The notes under the pieces: generated by a model
What the model saw: only the letters and a program-made list of their open reading frames with translations
What the model was told of the DNA's origin: nothing
Databases searched by the model: none
In this document: piece after piece, positions 29,413 through 40,008 of the stretch
Layout: every line of letters starts with the position of its first letter
Numbering within the stretch: position 1 is the stretch's first letter
Made by a program: the position numbers and the translations under genes
Assembly (NCBI GenBank): GCA_963726455.1
Contig: CAVSCK010000004.1
Coordinates: forward strand, 64,001-128,000
Length of the DNA stretch: 64,000 nt
From: an uncultured bacterium
GTDB taxonomy: Bacteria; Zixibacteria; MSB-5A5; CAIYYT01
Reading direction: 5' to 3'

Positions 29413-30040
29413 CCAGACCGGATATACCGAAGAAGAAATCAGCACTATCGAGGCGGTTTTGTTTTCCTCGCCGCGTCCGATGGCCACCAACGATCTGAAG
29501 AAACTCCTCTCGTCGCGCCACAAAGGCGGCGTCCGAGGGATTGTCGATAAGCTCAATCAGAAGTATGCCGAGAACAACAATACCTTCCGCATCCGCGAAA
29601 TCGCGGGCGGCTTTCAGTTCTATTTGATTCCTGATTACGCTGTTCAGGTTGAGAAATATTTCTCGGTGCAGCGCAATCGCCGCCTGACCCAGGCCGGTCT
29701 CGAAACTCTCGCGATCATTGCCTACAAGCAGCCGATTACGAAGGGTGAAATCGAGCAAATTCGCGGCGTGGCGTCGGATGGCGTAATCCAAACGCTGCTG
29801 GAGCGGAAACTGATCAAACCGGCCGGGCGTGCCGAACGGGTCGGTAAGCCGTTGCTGTATGCGACCACACCGAACTTCCTCGAATATTTTGCCATTACCA
29901 GTCTCGAACAACTACCGCGACTTACTGAAATCATTCCGCGTCCATTGGGCAATCCGCTGCAGAAGACACTCGATCTTCAGAACGCAGCGGCCGATACCGA
30001 TGACGATGACGGCACTGATTCTGAGGATGCCGAAACATAG
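29396..30040 (+). CDS. scpB: Segregation and condensation protein B
   Basis: IEAVLFSS, LETLAIIAYKQPIT..EIEQIRGV, GKPLLYATT..FLEYF. Confidence 0.95.
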   Translation: MSSESDQTGYTEEEISTIEAVLFSSPRPMATNDLKKLLSSRHKGGVRGIVDKLNQKYAENNNTFRIREIAGGFQFYLIPDYAVQVEKYFSVQRNRRLTQAGLETLAIIAYKQPITKGEIEQIRGVASDGVIQTLLERKLIKPAGRAERVGKPLLYATTPNFLEYFAITSLEQLPRLTEIIPRPLGNPLQKTLDLQNAAADTDDDDGTDSEDAET

Positions 30041-30042
30041 CG

Positions 30043-30762
30043 GTGCGCCTTAACAAATTCCTAAGCCAATGTGGGGTTGCCTCACGACGCGTTGCCGATG
30101 ATCTGATTGCCAAAGGCCAAGTCTCGATCAACGGGGTTGTGGTCACAAAGTTGGGGCAGGTAATTGACGAGTTGAATGATTCCGTCACTGTCGAGGGCAA
30201 ACTCTGCAAGCTGCCGGAAGACCACGTTTATGTTCTCCTGAATAAGCCGCGCGGCTATCTGGTGACGCTCAAGGACGCTTTTGGCCGCAAGACGATCAAG
30301 AATCTGATCAAATCCGTACCGCGGCGAGTCTACCCGGTCGGTCGGCTGGACTATGATTCCGAAGGGATTCTACTGCTCACGGATGATGGCGAAATGTCCT
30401 TCCGGCTGGCGCATCCAAGTTACGGGGTGAAAAAGATTTACAGCGTCGTGGTGAAGGGGAATTTCCGGTCAGAGGACTTGCGACACTTCTATGATGGTAT
30501 CACGCTCGAGGACGGACACCTCGCACACGCCCGGGTTAAGATTCTTGAGCGGCTTGAGGACTCCACTTTGCTGTCGATTGAGTTGTCGGAAGGCCGCAAG
30601 CGCGAAATCCGCCGCATGTGCAAGATCATCGGCTATCCGGTGGTGTCGATTTTGCGCGTCAGGTACGATGAGCTGACTCTGCAAGGGGTCGAAAAGGGCA
30701 AATGGCGGCTCCTCACTCAGGCCGAAATCGAGAAACTCAGGCGTAAAGTGGGACTGGCCTGA
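30043..30762 (+). CDS. rluB: rRNA pseudouridine synthase (RsuA/RluB family)
   Basis: RLNKFLSQCGVASRR S4 domain, LNKPRG, PVGRLDYDSEG, EGRKREIRRM. Confidence 0.85.
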   Translation: MRLNKFLSQCGVASRRVADDLIAKGQVSINGVVVTKLGQVIDELNDSVTVEGKLCKLPEDHVYVLLNKPRGYLVTLKDAFGRKTIKNLIKSVPRRVYPVGRLDYDSEGILLLTDDGEMSFRLAHPSYGVKKIYSVVVKGNFRSEDLRHFYDGITLEDGHLAHARVKILERLEDSTLLSIELSEGRKREIRRMCKIIGYPVVSILRVRYDELTLQGVEKGKWRLLTQAEIEKLRRKVGLA

Positions 30763-30882
30763 CGCTCATCAAACGCCGCGTCTTGTCTTTTTGGTTGACG
30801 CACGTTCTTTAAATCAATACAATTCCGAGTCAACTTTTTTCACGGAAGTCCAAAGATGAAATATGTTATCCGGGAGACAAAC

Positions 30883-32143
30883 ATGCGCCAATTATTAAAG
30901 ATCCTGCTGCTGATCTTCATATCTGCCGGCCTGGTCGGATTCGTCCAGCCGGCTTCGGCTCAACTCGGGGGACTGAAGAAGAAGGTAAAGAGCAAAGTCG
31001 AAAAGAAGGCGGAAGAGAAAGTCGACGAGAAGATTGACGAGACTATTGACAACGCCGCCGGCGACGGTGAGAAGAAGACCGACGAGAAGAAGGACACTAA
31101 AGAAACTGCGGATGCGAAGGAATCGGAAAGCTGCGCGCCGGCCGCGCAAGCTAAGGGTGGCAGCGCGACAGCCGAGGACATGAATCTATACACCAAGTAT
31201 GACTTCATCCCGGGCGACAAGGTGATCTTCTATGATGACCTCGCCAACGAAGAATTGGGTGAGTTCCCGTCTCGCTGGAAATTGGACGAACGGCGTGTTC
31301 GAGATTGCCAAGCAGTACGGCCAGAATTGGATCATGTGCACGAACGAGGGCGGCCTGGTGCCGAAGGTTCCCGCTGGACCGTTGCCCCCCAAGTACACAG
31401 TCGAGATGGACTTTTATGTAAAAGGTGAACCGAACAAGACTCACTGGTACATCATCAAGTGGCTGGACCTGAAGCAGCAGGAGATCGGAAGTCTCAACGT
31501 TACCGATGGCAACCATGCCCGGCTTCGCATCGGCAACAAGGACATTTCAAACAAAGAACTGGCGAAAGAGCTCGGCGCCGGCAAGCATACGATTCGGATC
31601 ATGGCCACCAAAACTTCGATGAAATGCTACGTTGATAACGAGCGCGTCGCCAACGTGCCCGCGGTTGAGGGCTTTACCCCTTACGAGTTGATGGTCTATG
31701 CCGACATTTGGAACGATGAAGGGGCTAAGGGCAACCCGATGCTGATCGGCGCGTTCCGTTACGCCGAAGGTGGCAAGACGCTCAAACAACAACTTGATGA
31801 AGACGGCAAGATCGTGACTCACGGGATTCTTTTCGATTCCGGTTCCGACAAGATCAAGGGCGAATCATACAAGACGCTCGCTGATATCGGCGCGCTTATG
31901 ACCGAGAATCCGACACTGCGTGTTTCGATCGATGGGCATACCGATTCCGACGGCGCGGATGATTCCAACATGGATCTCTCCAAGAGACGCGCGGCGTCGG
32001 TACGGACGTACCTGATCGACAATTATAAGGTCGACGGCGCACGCATGGAAAGCAAGGGTTTGGGCGAGACCAAACCGATTGACGTCAACACTTCCGCCGA
32101 AGGCAAAGCCAACAACCGGCGCGTCGAGTTGGTCAAGTTATAA
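30883..32143 (+). CDS. OmpA-domain exported protein (apparent frameshift near 31290)
   Basis: Signal peptide; KYDFIPGDKVIFYDD..GEFPSRW; ILFDSGS, GHTDSDG, LSKRRAASV, NRRVE. Confidence 0.85.
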
Positions 32144-32221
32144 TAGATGTTATCGCAGATCATCGGCGTCTCATTCACGCAATGAGGCGTCGTTACATAA
32201 GCGCGGATTCAAGGAGGAATC

Positions 32222-32813
32222 ATGGGTCTTGTTGACAGAGCCAAAGGCATTCTTATGTCACCGGCTACGGAATGGGAAGCGATCAAAACCGAAGCCATTT
32301 CCACCGGACAGATGATTGGTGGCTACGCGGCCGTCCTGGCCATTATTCCGGCGGTTGCCGGTTTCATCGGCTACTGCTTCGTGGGCATTCCGATGATCGG
32401 CAAAATTCCTTTCGGTCCGGGATTGATCTGGGCTGTGATGTATTACATCCTGTCTCTCGTCAGTATCTGGATATTGGCTTTCGTGATTGATGCCCTGGCT
32501 CCTTCGTTCGGGGCGAGCCAAGGATATGAATGCCTCGATGAAGGTCTCCGCATATTCCATGACCGCCGCCTGGATTGCCGGAATCTTCACGATTATCCCG
32601 ATGCTTTCGATATTGTCCATCTTCGGACTCTATTCGCTCTACCTGCTTTATGTCGGGATGAAAGTCGTCAAAGCGCCGGCGGCTGACAAATTAACCGGCT
32701 ACTTCGTCATCACGCTGTTGGTGGCAATCGTCGTGTACTTTGTGATCAGCATGGTCGTAAGCATCGTAACCATCGGACCATATATGGTCGGAGAAGCGCT
32801 GCGCGGAATGTAG
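32222..32813 (+). CDS. Yip1-family membrane protein (apparent frameshift near 32518)
   Basis: RAKGILMSPATEWEAIKTE; IDALAPSFG; AYSMTAAWIAG; LYSLYLLYVG. Confidence 0.85.
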
Positions 32814-32840
32814 CCGAGCGACCAATCGTTAGTGAGTTGT

Positions 32841-32869
32841 GCGCCGTCAGGAATCACTTCCTGACGGCG
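32841..32869. repeat. REP-like palindrome, family A, copy 1
   Basis: GCGCCGTCAGGAATCACTTCCTGACGGCG, identical to 35222-35250. Confidence 0.85.
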
Positions 32870-33024
32870 TTGTCTTTTCCAAAACCGCACTCTAATCTCC
32901 TCGATAAATTCCTTGACATCAAAATTGGATAATGTCTATCTTCTCTCAGCACAAAACAAGAATCCGAATTCGAAAAATAGCCACCTTTGGCGGCTGCTTA
33001 ACTCATTCCTCACAGGAGGGTAGC

Positions 33025-35147
33025 ATGAAGCACGTTGTTTACGCATTGATTATGGCGGCAATGCTCGTGTTAATCGTTGCGCCGGCAGTCTTCGGAATCG
33101 ACTCCGAGACGAACATAGCAGCATTGACGACGACTGACCGGGGCACAAAAGATGAGGTTATGCTGACCTACGACGGCAGTGCTCTCTGGCAGGGGTCGTC
33201 AGGCGTCTGCGTTGCCGGCAATTATGCATATCTGTTCTTATTCTATGGGATCCTGGTGTTCGATCTTTCGAATCCTTCAGCTCCCATCAATGCCGTTGAC
33301 CTTTTCGACGAGGGATCAACGTACAAGATCAGAGCGCAGGCGGGGAATCACATCTACACCGAATCTTACGGGGGACATTTCTGCATAATCGATATCTCGA
33401 TTCCCGACAAGCCGAGCCATGATACTCAATTACCCGCTACAGGGCTGGATGCGCGACCTGGACGTCGTGGGAAATCACGTGTACATTGCTATGGATTCCA
33501 CGCTGGAAATATCTGGATATCACGATTCCAACCGCGCCCATTTCACTGGTCAGATATCGTCTCCCGCTTCAGACCTATGACATCACAGTAATCGGGAACT
33601 ACGCCTACATTGCCTGCCGAGACTACGGCATGCTCATTGTCGATGTCTCGAATCCTGCCAGTCCGAGTTTGGCAAAGAACCAGCCGCGCGTGAATGCAGT
33701 GGATGGCGTCGATCGTGCGGGGAACTACCTGCTGTCCATGCTGACGACGGGAGTCACTCTGATCAGCGACGTCACGAACCCCGAATCGCCGTTGACGCTG
33801 GGATCGTTTCCTTCGGTCTTCAAGCTCGGCGCCAGCGGCAACTACCTGATGGGATTGTATTCTGACACGGTTCGCGTAATCGATATTTCAAATCCAGCCG
33901 CACCATTCACGGCCAATTATTGGTTGTCCCCCGGCTTTGCCAATCGGGCCGGGACGGCAACCGCAAACTGGTTGCTGACGACGGAATGGAATGGCAGACT
34001 GGACATCTTCGACATTACGGACGTCATGCAGCCGTCGCTGGTTTCGCAGTACCGGTCGCCTGAATATATGGCTGCCTACGACATGCAGATCAGGGATCGT
34101 TACGCCATGATTGCCTCAGCCAACGGCCTCAGAGTTGTTGATGTTTCGGATTCCACCCGTCTGGACGTCGTAGCCACCCTGGATCTTGGTCGCCGTAGCA
34201 GACAGATCGCTCTGAGTGGCAATTATGCTTACATGCTTGCCGACAGTCTTGACCTCGCGATTGTTGATATCTCTAATCCTCTGGCGCCTGCGCCGGTGAG
34301 TACGCTGCTTTGTTCTGGGTATTCGCAAGACCTGACCGTCTCAGGCAACCATGTTTACATCGCCGACGGAGACCAGGGACTCACGGTCGTGGATGTCAGC
34401 GACCCGGCGACGCCCTTCATCGCCGGGCACTCCGACCTGGGCCTAACTGCGGGTCATTATGCCTTTTGTGTCGAAGTCTCAGGCAACTACGCGTATCTGT
34501 CAGGCCATAGCCGCGAGATATTCATAGCAGACATTACGGAACCCACTAACCCGCAACTTGCCGGAGTCTACACACCCGAAACCTCGCAGTGGATTGAGGA
34601 TATTCTGATAAATGGAAATCGAATGTACCTGTCGGACTCGCGTTATGGAATGCAGATTTTCGACCTCAGCGACCCTCTGGCGCCGATTCTGCTTGGTGGG
34701 GTTGCCGATAATTACCAATGGTATGCGCTGCCGCAATCGCTTCGGCTCGTGGGTAATTATCTCTATCAGACCGACTACGGGCTCGGCCTGAGGATCATCA
34801 ATGTCGCCAACCCGACCGATCCGTATGTTGCCGGTCAGTTCAAAACTCTGCCGGGATGGTCGATGGAGTCCGGCATCTTTGGCCAGTACGCTCTGATTGC
34901 GACTGACAACGGCCTGTTGCGCGCGAAATTCAGCAGCCCGATTTGTGGTGATGTGGATGCCAGTGGCGGCGTCGATATCTCCGATGCCATCGCGATCATC
35001 CAGTACATATTTTCAGCGGGTTATGTCGGACATATTCCGGCTCAGGCCGATGTCAATTGTGACGGGTCTCCGGACATATCAGACGTTGTCTACCTGATCA
35101 GTTACATCTTCGGAGGCGGACCTGCGCCCTGCGCCGGCTGCAAATAG
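33025..35147 (+). CDS. Secreted LVIVD-repeat beta-propeller protein with C-terminal dockerin (apparent frameshifts about 33420-33510)
   Basis: AGGAGG RBS; signal peptide; repeated GNYAY....L.IVDVSNP units; CGDVDASGGVDISD / ADVNCDGSPDISD. Confidence 0.85.
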
Positions 35148-35221
35148 TCGACTGAGGCAACTCGAGAGCAAATATAATAGATCAATCGGTGATGGTTGAA
35201 CTTTTCCAATGCCATCAACTC

Positions 35222-35594
35222 GCGCCGTCAGGAATCACTTCCTGACGGCGCTGCTGTGTTTGCGTGGTTGTCATTCACACGAAGGCGGGGAACCGGCTTT
35301 GTAGCCCACCCAGAGCTTGCGACAGGTGGGAACTGCCTTACATCGACAAGAAGCGAGCCGACATCGAGTAGTTGTGAGCATACATCGCCGAAATGTATGC
35401 GTGATCTGCGGCGATGTAAGCTTACTCTGAGCCAAAGTAAAGGGGCGAAATGTCGAATTAAGTCATTAAATGACAAAGGGATCGGTCTTTAGCTGGAGCG
35501 AATTGGCCTGCGCCGTCGGGAATCCTTTCCCGACGGCTGCCGCTAACCTACGCAGGGACGATTTGTAGCCCGCCCAGCGCTTGCAACGGGCGGG
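35222..35594. repeat. Two composite REP doublets (family A + family B), BIME/REPIN-like
   Basis: A copies at 35222-35250 and 35510-35537; B copies GTAGCCC(A/G)CC...GG(T/C)GGG at 35301-35330 and 35565-35594. Confidence 0.75.
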
Positions 35595-35864
35595 ACTCTT
35601 GTTGATCGCGAAACCCCTTGACATGAACGACAGAACAATCAATCATGTGTAGGATGATTTAGTTAGTGATATAGGGGAAGGCGTTCTCTGAGTGTTGCCG
35701 AAGGAGTTCGTTGTCTGACGGACAGATTCGCCGAAGCAACTTGTATATCCGACTGAATACGAAGAACTCGGAGCAACATGCCAACGAACAATGTCCCTCC
35801 GTTTCGAATACGAATGCTCAAATTAAAAGCCCGAGTATTAAGTCAAGGACTTTAGGAGATCAAA

Positions 35865-36506
35865 GTGACTAGCAAAGTATCTTCTGCTGCAGTCGCAGTT
35901 GGCGGTGCCATCATTTCAGTATTGGTCACGATTCTTATAATACTGAATTTTCTGTCGGGAATCGTCGGTGGAATCTGGCTGGCAATTGAAGGGCAATGGA
36001 GAACGATTGGTTGGGGCTTCGGTCTAGGATTCGCAATGCCTTTTGCCTGGATGTTGGCGAGCCTTCCAACAATGGGCTTAGTGCTTCTGGTGGGTGCGTT
36101 CGCCGAGAAGGGCAGCAGATTTTTTGCCGGTGTCATAGGTTTTTTGGGTTCACTATATTCAAACACACTTATCAGCCTCTGGGTGTTCTATGTTTTTGTG
36201 TTCTTTATGGGTCGATCAGCGGCGGGCAGCCAGTTCGCTTACCTGTTTTGGGCGTATTCGACCATGATGGCGCCGCTGAGCTACATGGCCAGCAAGGAGC
36301 CGCCTGATAGCATAGGTACATCGTTGGGTTTGTTTTGCGCACAACTGCTATTCCTCGTGTTGTCGCTGCTGTGGGCGATAGATGCCTCTCAGAGAACGAT
36401 AATTGTGGCTTTCGCTTGCATTATCGGAGCATTTTCAGTGTTTGCGACTTATATGTCAGTGGCTTCAATATCTCCTCGATACGAAATGGGAGAGAATGAG
36501 TATTGA
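35865..36506 (+). CDS. Hypothetical multi-pass membrane protein
   Basis: AGGAG RBS + GTG; about 6 hydrophobic segments. Confidence 0.7.
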   Translation: MTSKVSSAAVAVGGAIISVLVTILIILNFLSGIVGGIWLAIEGQWRTIGWGFGLGFAMPFAWMLASLPTMGLVLLVGAFAEKGSRFFAGVIGFLGSLYSNTLISLWVFYVFVFFMGRSAAGSQFAYLFWAYSTMMAPLSYMASKEPPDSIGTSLGLFCAQLLFLVLSLLWAIDASQRTIIVAFACIIGAFSVFATYMSVASISPRYEMGENEY

Positions 36507-36573
36507 TCGACCTAGATTTGACCGTGCAATTGTGCAGCCACATGCCATTCTGTGTTCCGATTTCTATAGTGCG

Positions 36574-36728
36574 GTAGGTCAAAACCGCTTCGGTTTTGAC
36601 ATTTTGTGATTGCGCGTTGCCTTTCACGTGTTATAGTTGATTATGTCTAAATTGCCGTGCTCCATCGGGGGACTCGGTTGCGTTGTCGACACAGGAGCAA
36701 AATCAAAACCGTAGCGGTTTTGACCTGC
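36574..36728. repeat. Inverted pair of REP family C
   Basis: GTAGGTCAAAACCGCTTCGGTTTTGAC at 36574-36600; inverted copy at 36702-36728; half copy at 38760-38776. Confidence 0.8.
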
Positions 36729-36773
36729 AGAACTTGAAGTCTTAGTCAGAGAAGATTCATAATAGGAGCAAAG

Positions 36774-37622
36774 GTGGAGAGAGAAGACGAAAGGAGATTT
36801 CCTCGATACATAGCGGCAGTACTTGTGGGGATTGTTACGGGCGCAGTGCTCTGGGCAGCAATTCAAGCAGGCGTCAAGTTCAACTATGAGGAGGAGGCTC
36901 CTCTGGAGAACTGGGGATTCTTGTTTTGGGGAGAACACTGGCTGATAAGATTGTTGTGGAGTTTGGCTGCGACGAGCGTGGCTGCATTTCTCGCGGGCCT
37001 AGTGGCTAGAAAAGAAGGTCCGCTAATTGGTATTTTGTCTGCGCTTCCTACAACCTTTGTATGGTTTGCGTGTATTCCATTATGGTCCATTGGCGGTTCG
37101 CTGACAGGGGGGTGGAATTTCAGTGATCTTTCCCTCGGAAACAAGATACTCACGCTGGCTGCACCAGTAGGAGCAGTGTTTTGCGGATATTTCTTTGGCA
37201 GGTCAGGTCAGAATTACGCGTTTTCTGCATCAGCCCACTTTGACAAGCGTCCGCACACTTTTCTTGGCATAAAATGGTACAACCACCTATGGGTGCCTTT
37301 GGTATTGTATGCGATTGTTCTGGAGTCAGCGTGGGCAGTAGACTACGGACTAGCCTGGGTCCGCGCACAGTGGGCTGCCGGATTTGGGCTCTGGGCTTTC
37401 ATTTCGAGTTTGTTTCTGATGGCCATTATTGGCTGCTTGGCATTAACTTGGGAAGGCCTTAGGAGAGCCTACGATTATCTCAGTGATCGTATTGTCGATC
37501 GCACCCGTGTGGAGTCAGCGAAAGGCGTGATCAGGTATGGGTTCGGATACGTATTATTAGCGACGGTCCTTCAGGGCGCAATATCCCTAGTACCCTTGGT
37601 TGTCTCAAAACTTTTTCGCTAG
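36774..37622 (+). CDS. Hypothetical multi-pass membrane protein
   Basis: AGGAG RBS + GTG; about 7 hydrophobic segments. Confidence 0.7.
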   Translation: MEREDERRFPRYIAAVLVGIVTGAVLWAAIQAGVKFNYEEEAPLENWGFLFWGEHWLIRLLWSLAATSVAAFLAGLVARKEGPLIGILSALPTTFVWFACIPLWSIGGSLTGGWNFSDLSLGNKILTLAAPVGAVFCGYFFGRSGQNYAFSASAHFDKRPHTFLGIKWYNHLWVPLVLYAIVLESAWAVDYGLAWVRAQWAAGFGLWAFISSLFLMAIIGCLALTWEGLRRAYDYLSDRIVDRTRVESAKGVIRYGFGYVLLATVLQGAISLVPLVVSKLFR

Positions 37623-37806
37623 AATGGGGTTTTAATTGCTTTGCTGAATCAAAAGCGGCTGGATATGCGTCAGCAAAGGAATCTGAGCATTTGATGTCCA
37701 GAATTAGCTATCGATAGTTGTTTGTTGACGACAGTGCGCGAATTCGCTAGATCTTTCCATAAGTGCTTTGTCCACTTTGAGAAGTCACTTACCACGGAGG
37801 CCCACA

Positions 37807-38436
37807 ATGTTGAAAAGGATACTGTTTTGCACCATATTAGTAGGCAATATCGCGTGTTATAAGTCGGATAGTTCCGAAGAGAAAGTCAAACAGTCACAGA
37901 ATATCGCCGCAATCAAAGCGTCAGTGGATTCCATTATCAGCAAATACAATGCGATCTCCGGCTGGGAAACGCGCGGCGGAGATGTCATGTTGAATGCGGT
38001 CTATACCGCTGACATTGAAGACATACTCATAGATACCAGCCGACGCCCAATTCTATTCTACGGCACGTTGGAGGACTTAGAGCCTAGAGAACAAGGCTAT
38101 ATCGCTCGACTGTCACCTTATTATTACGATGGGATTGGTGAATTAGTGAACTATCAACTCACATGTGATGAATTAACGAAGCAGCAGATATTCGTGCCAC
38201 TGTCTGACCGAGAGTGGGAAAGCGGTCTGGCCGTTGTATGTAGTTTGGAACGCGTGGAGAAGCTGAGATTCGCCGTCGACGCTGAGACTTATGGAAAGGG
38301 CGAAGACAAATACGGTGAGATTAGCGTCCAATACTCCCCCGCAGAATTCCTCGCTACCGGGAAGGTTTTGGGCGCAGTGCACATAAAGAACCTGTGGGAC
38401 TACATGAAGAGCATCGAGCAAAAAGGAACTGAATAA
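37807..38436 (+). CDS. Hypothetical exported protein, possible lipoprotein
   Basis: GGAGG RBS; MLKRILFCTILVGNIA-C. Confidence 0.65.
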   Translation: MLKRILFCTILVGNIACYKSDSSEEKVKQSQNIAAIKASVDSIISKYNAISGWETRGGDVMLNAVYTADIEDILIDTSRRPILFYGTLEDLEPREQGYIARLSPYYYDGIGELVNYQLTCDELTKQQIFVPLSDREWESGLAVVCSLERVEKLRFAVDAETYGKGEDKYGEISVQYSPAEFLATGKVLGAVHIKNLWDYMKSIEQKGTE

Positions 38437-38439
38437 AAA

Positions 38440-38763
38440 TTGAAGTCAGGTGCTACGTTTACTTGCATAATAGTCGTGTCCATAGTCATGACATTGGTCG
38501 CAATCCCAACTTGGATGCCCTATGATTATTACGTTCTTCTTCGTATAGTGAACTCAGTTGTGTTCGCTTACATGTGCGTCAGACTTGCAAAATCAAACGA
38601 AATATGGGCTCTGACTTTTGCTCTCCTTTGCATTGTCTTTAACCCTCTAGTAACAGTACGCTTGAGCAAAGGGACGTGGACTGTTGTGGATGTTGCAACA
38701 GTAATCATAATGCTGATTTACTTGACGTTTCGAATTGTGAAGCGGTCCCGAAAGGTTTTGTAG
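38440..38763 (+). CDS. Small membrane protein (DUF6804-like)
   Basis: MPYDYYVLLRIV...FNPL..VRLSKGTW..VD pattern. Confidence 0.7.
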   Translation: MKSGATFTCIIVVSIVMTLVAIPTWMPYDYYVLLRIVNSVVFAYMCVRLAKSNEIWALTFALLCIVFNPLVTVRLSKGTWTVVDVATVIIMLIYLTFRIVKRSRKVL

Positions 38764-39052
38764 GTCAAAACCGCTGAAATTATGAGAAATTCGTATCCCA
38801 CCCAAAGGCATCCGACAGGTGGGTTCTTTCGTTGCTGGCTGAAACCTGTGTTCTTAGACAGCACCTCGCGTAACGTCACGAAAGAAATGTCGGGTTTCTC
38901 ACTTGCCGATCTAATCCTGGCGGTCGCAATATCTATGTCTTCTTCTCATCAGCGTGACGATTGAATCTGACATCGTTCGGAACCCGACCCACGAATCCTC
39001 CAAGTGCAAAATTCGCCTGACAATCGCACTTCGCTCGCGTACATTCCTCCCC

Positions 39053-39812
39053 ATGCACGTCACGCCCGTAATCGCTTTTCTATTGGTACTGGCAGGATTC
39101 TTCGGCGGATTGGTTGATTCCATCGCCGGTGGGGGAGGACTGATCACGTTGCCGGCGTTGTTGGCGTTCGGACTGCCGCCGCATCAGGCACTCGGCACCA
39201 ACAAATTCCAATCGACGTTCGGCAGCATCACGTCATCGTACAACTATGTCAAGCACGGCGGCATTTCGCTGCGCCCGGCACTCTGGGGAATCGTGTTCAC
39301 GATCATCGGGTCAGCCGCCGGTGCGCAGGTCGTGCAACTGGTGCGCGGCGATATTCTCGACTGGATCATCCCTTTCCTCTTGCTGCTGATTCTGGTGTAC
39401 GTGCTGGTCTCGCCCGATCTCGGCAAACATGAGTCGCATCCCCGCATGAAGAATGCCATCTTCTATCTGGTCTTCGGACTCGGCATCGGTTTCTACGACG
39501 GCTTCTTCGGCCCCGGCACCGGATCGTTCTGGCCGGTGGCGATGGTGCTGCTATTGGGATTGAATCTCGTGCAGGCGACCGGCTACACCAAAGTCATGAA
39601 CTTCACCAGCAACATCGTCTCGCTGGTCGTGTTCCTGATCGGCGGCAAGATTGTCTTCCTGCCCGGGTCTGTGCATGGGAATCGGCGAAGTCTTCGGCGC
39701 CCGCATCGGCGCGCATCTGGTCATCAAGCGCGGTGTCAAATTTATTCGCCCGGTGTACATCGTCGTGGTGCTCGCGACAACGGCGAAACTGTTCTACGAT
39801 AATCTGAAATAG
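39053..39812 (+). CDS. TSUP/TauE-SafE (YfcA-like) transporter (apparent frameshift near 39665)
   Basis: GLVDSIAGGGGLITLPALL, ALGTNKFQ, GFYDGFFGPGTGSF; the shifted frame supplies GARIGAHLVIKRGVKFIRP. Confidence 0.88.
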
Positions 39813-39920
39813 GGTGGGCGTCGGTTCACAATTTCGCGCTGGGAATTCGAAAGGATCAAGGTCATGCTGAAGAACCGCGCGAAATCAGGAACCGACGCAA
39901 CGTCGCAGTGGGTCGTGCAA

Positions 39921-40004
39921 TAGTCGCGCCTAAAGTCGCTCCTACAAGCATTGATATGTCTTGTTAGTGTTTGGTGGCTGTAGGAGCGACTTTAGGCGCG
40001 ACTA
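39921..40004. repeat. REPIN-like inverted doublet, REP family D
   Basis: TAGTCGCGCCTAAAGTCGCTCCTACA ... TGTAGGAGCGACTTTAGGCGCGACTA, a perfect 26-bp inverted repeat between convergent genes. Confidence 0.85.
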
Positions 40005-40008
40005 CGAA

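Noticed and set aside
27182-30040. HNH + ScpA + ScpB as a Wadjet-like defence system
   Set aside because: No SMC/JetC or Toprim JetD; trpS-scpAB-rluB is ordinary housekeeping synteny
35865-38763. Integron cassette array
   Set aside because: No attC (RYYYAAC...GTTRRRY) structures or integrase recognised
32841-40004. CRISPR array
   Set aside because: Repeats are dispersed, belong to different families, lack regular spacers, and no cas genes are present
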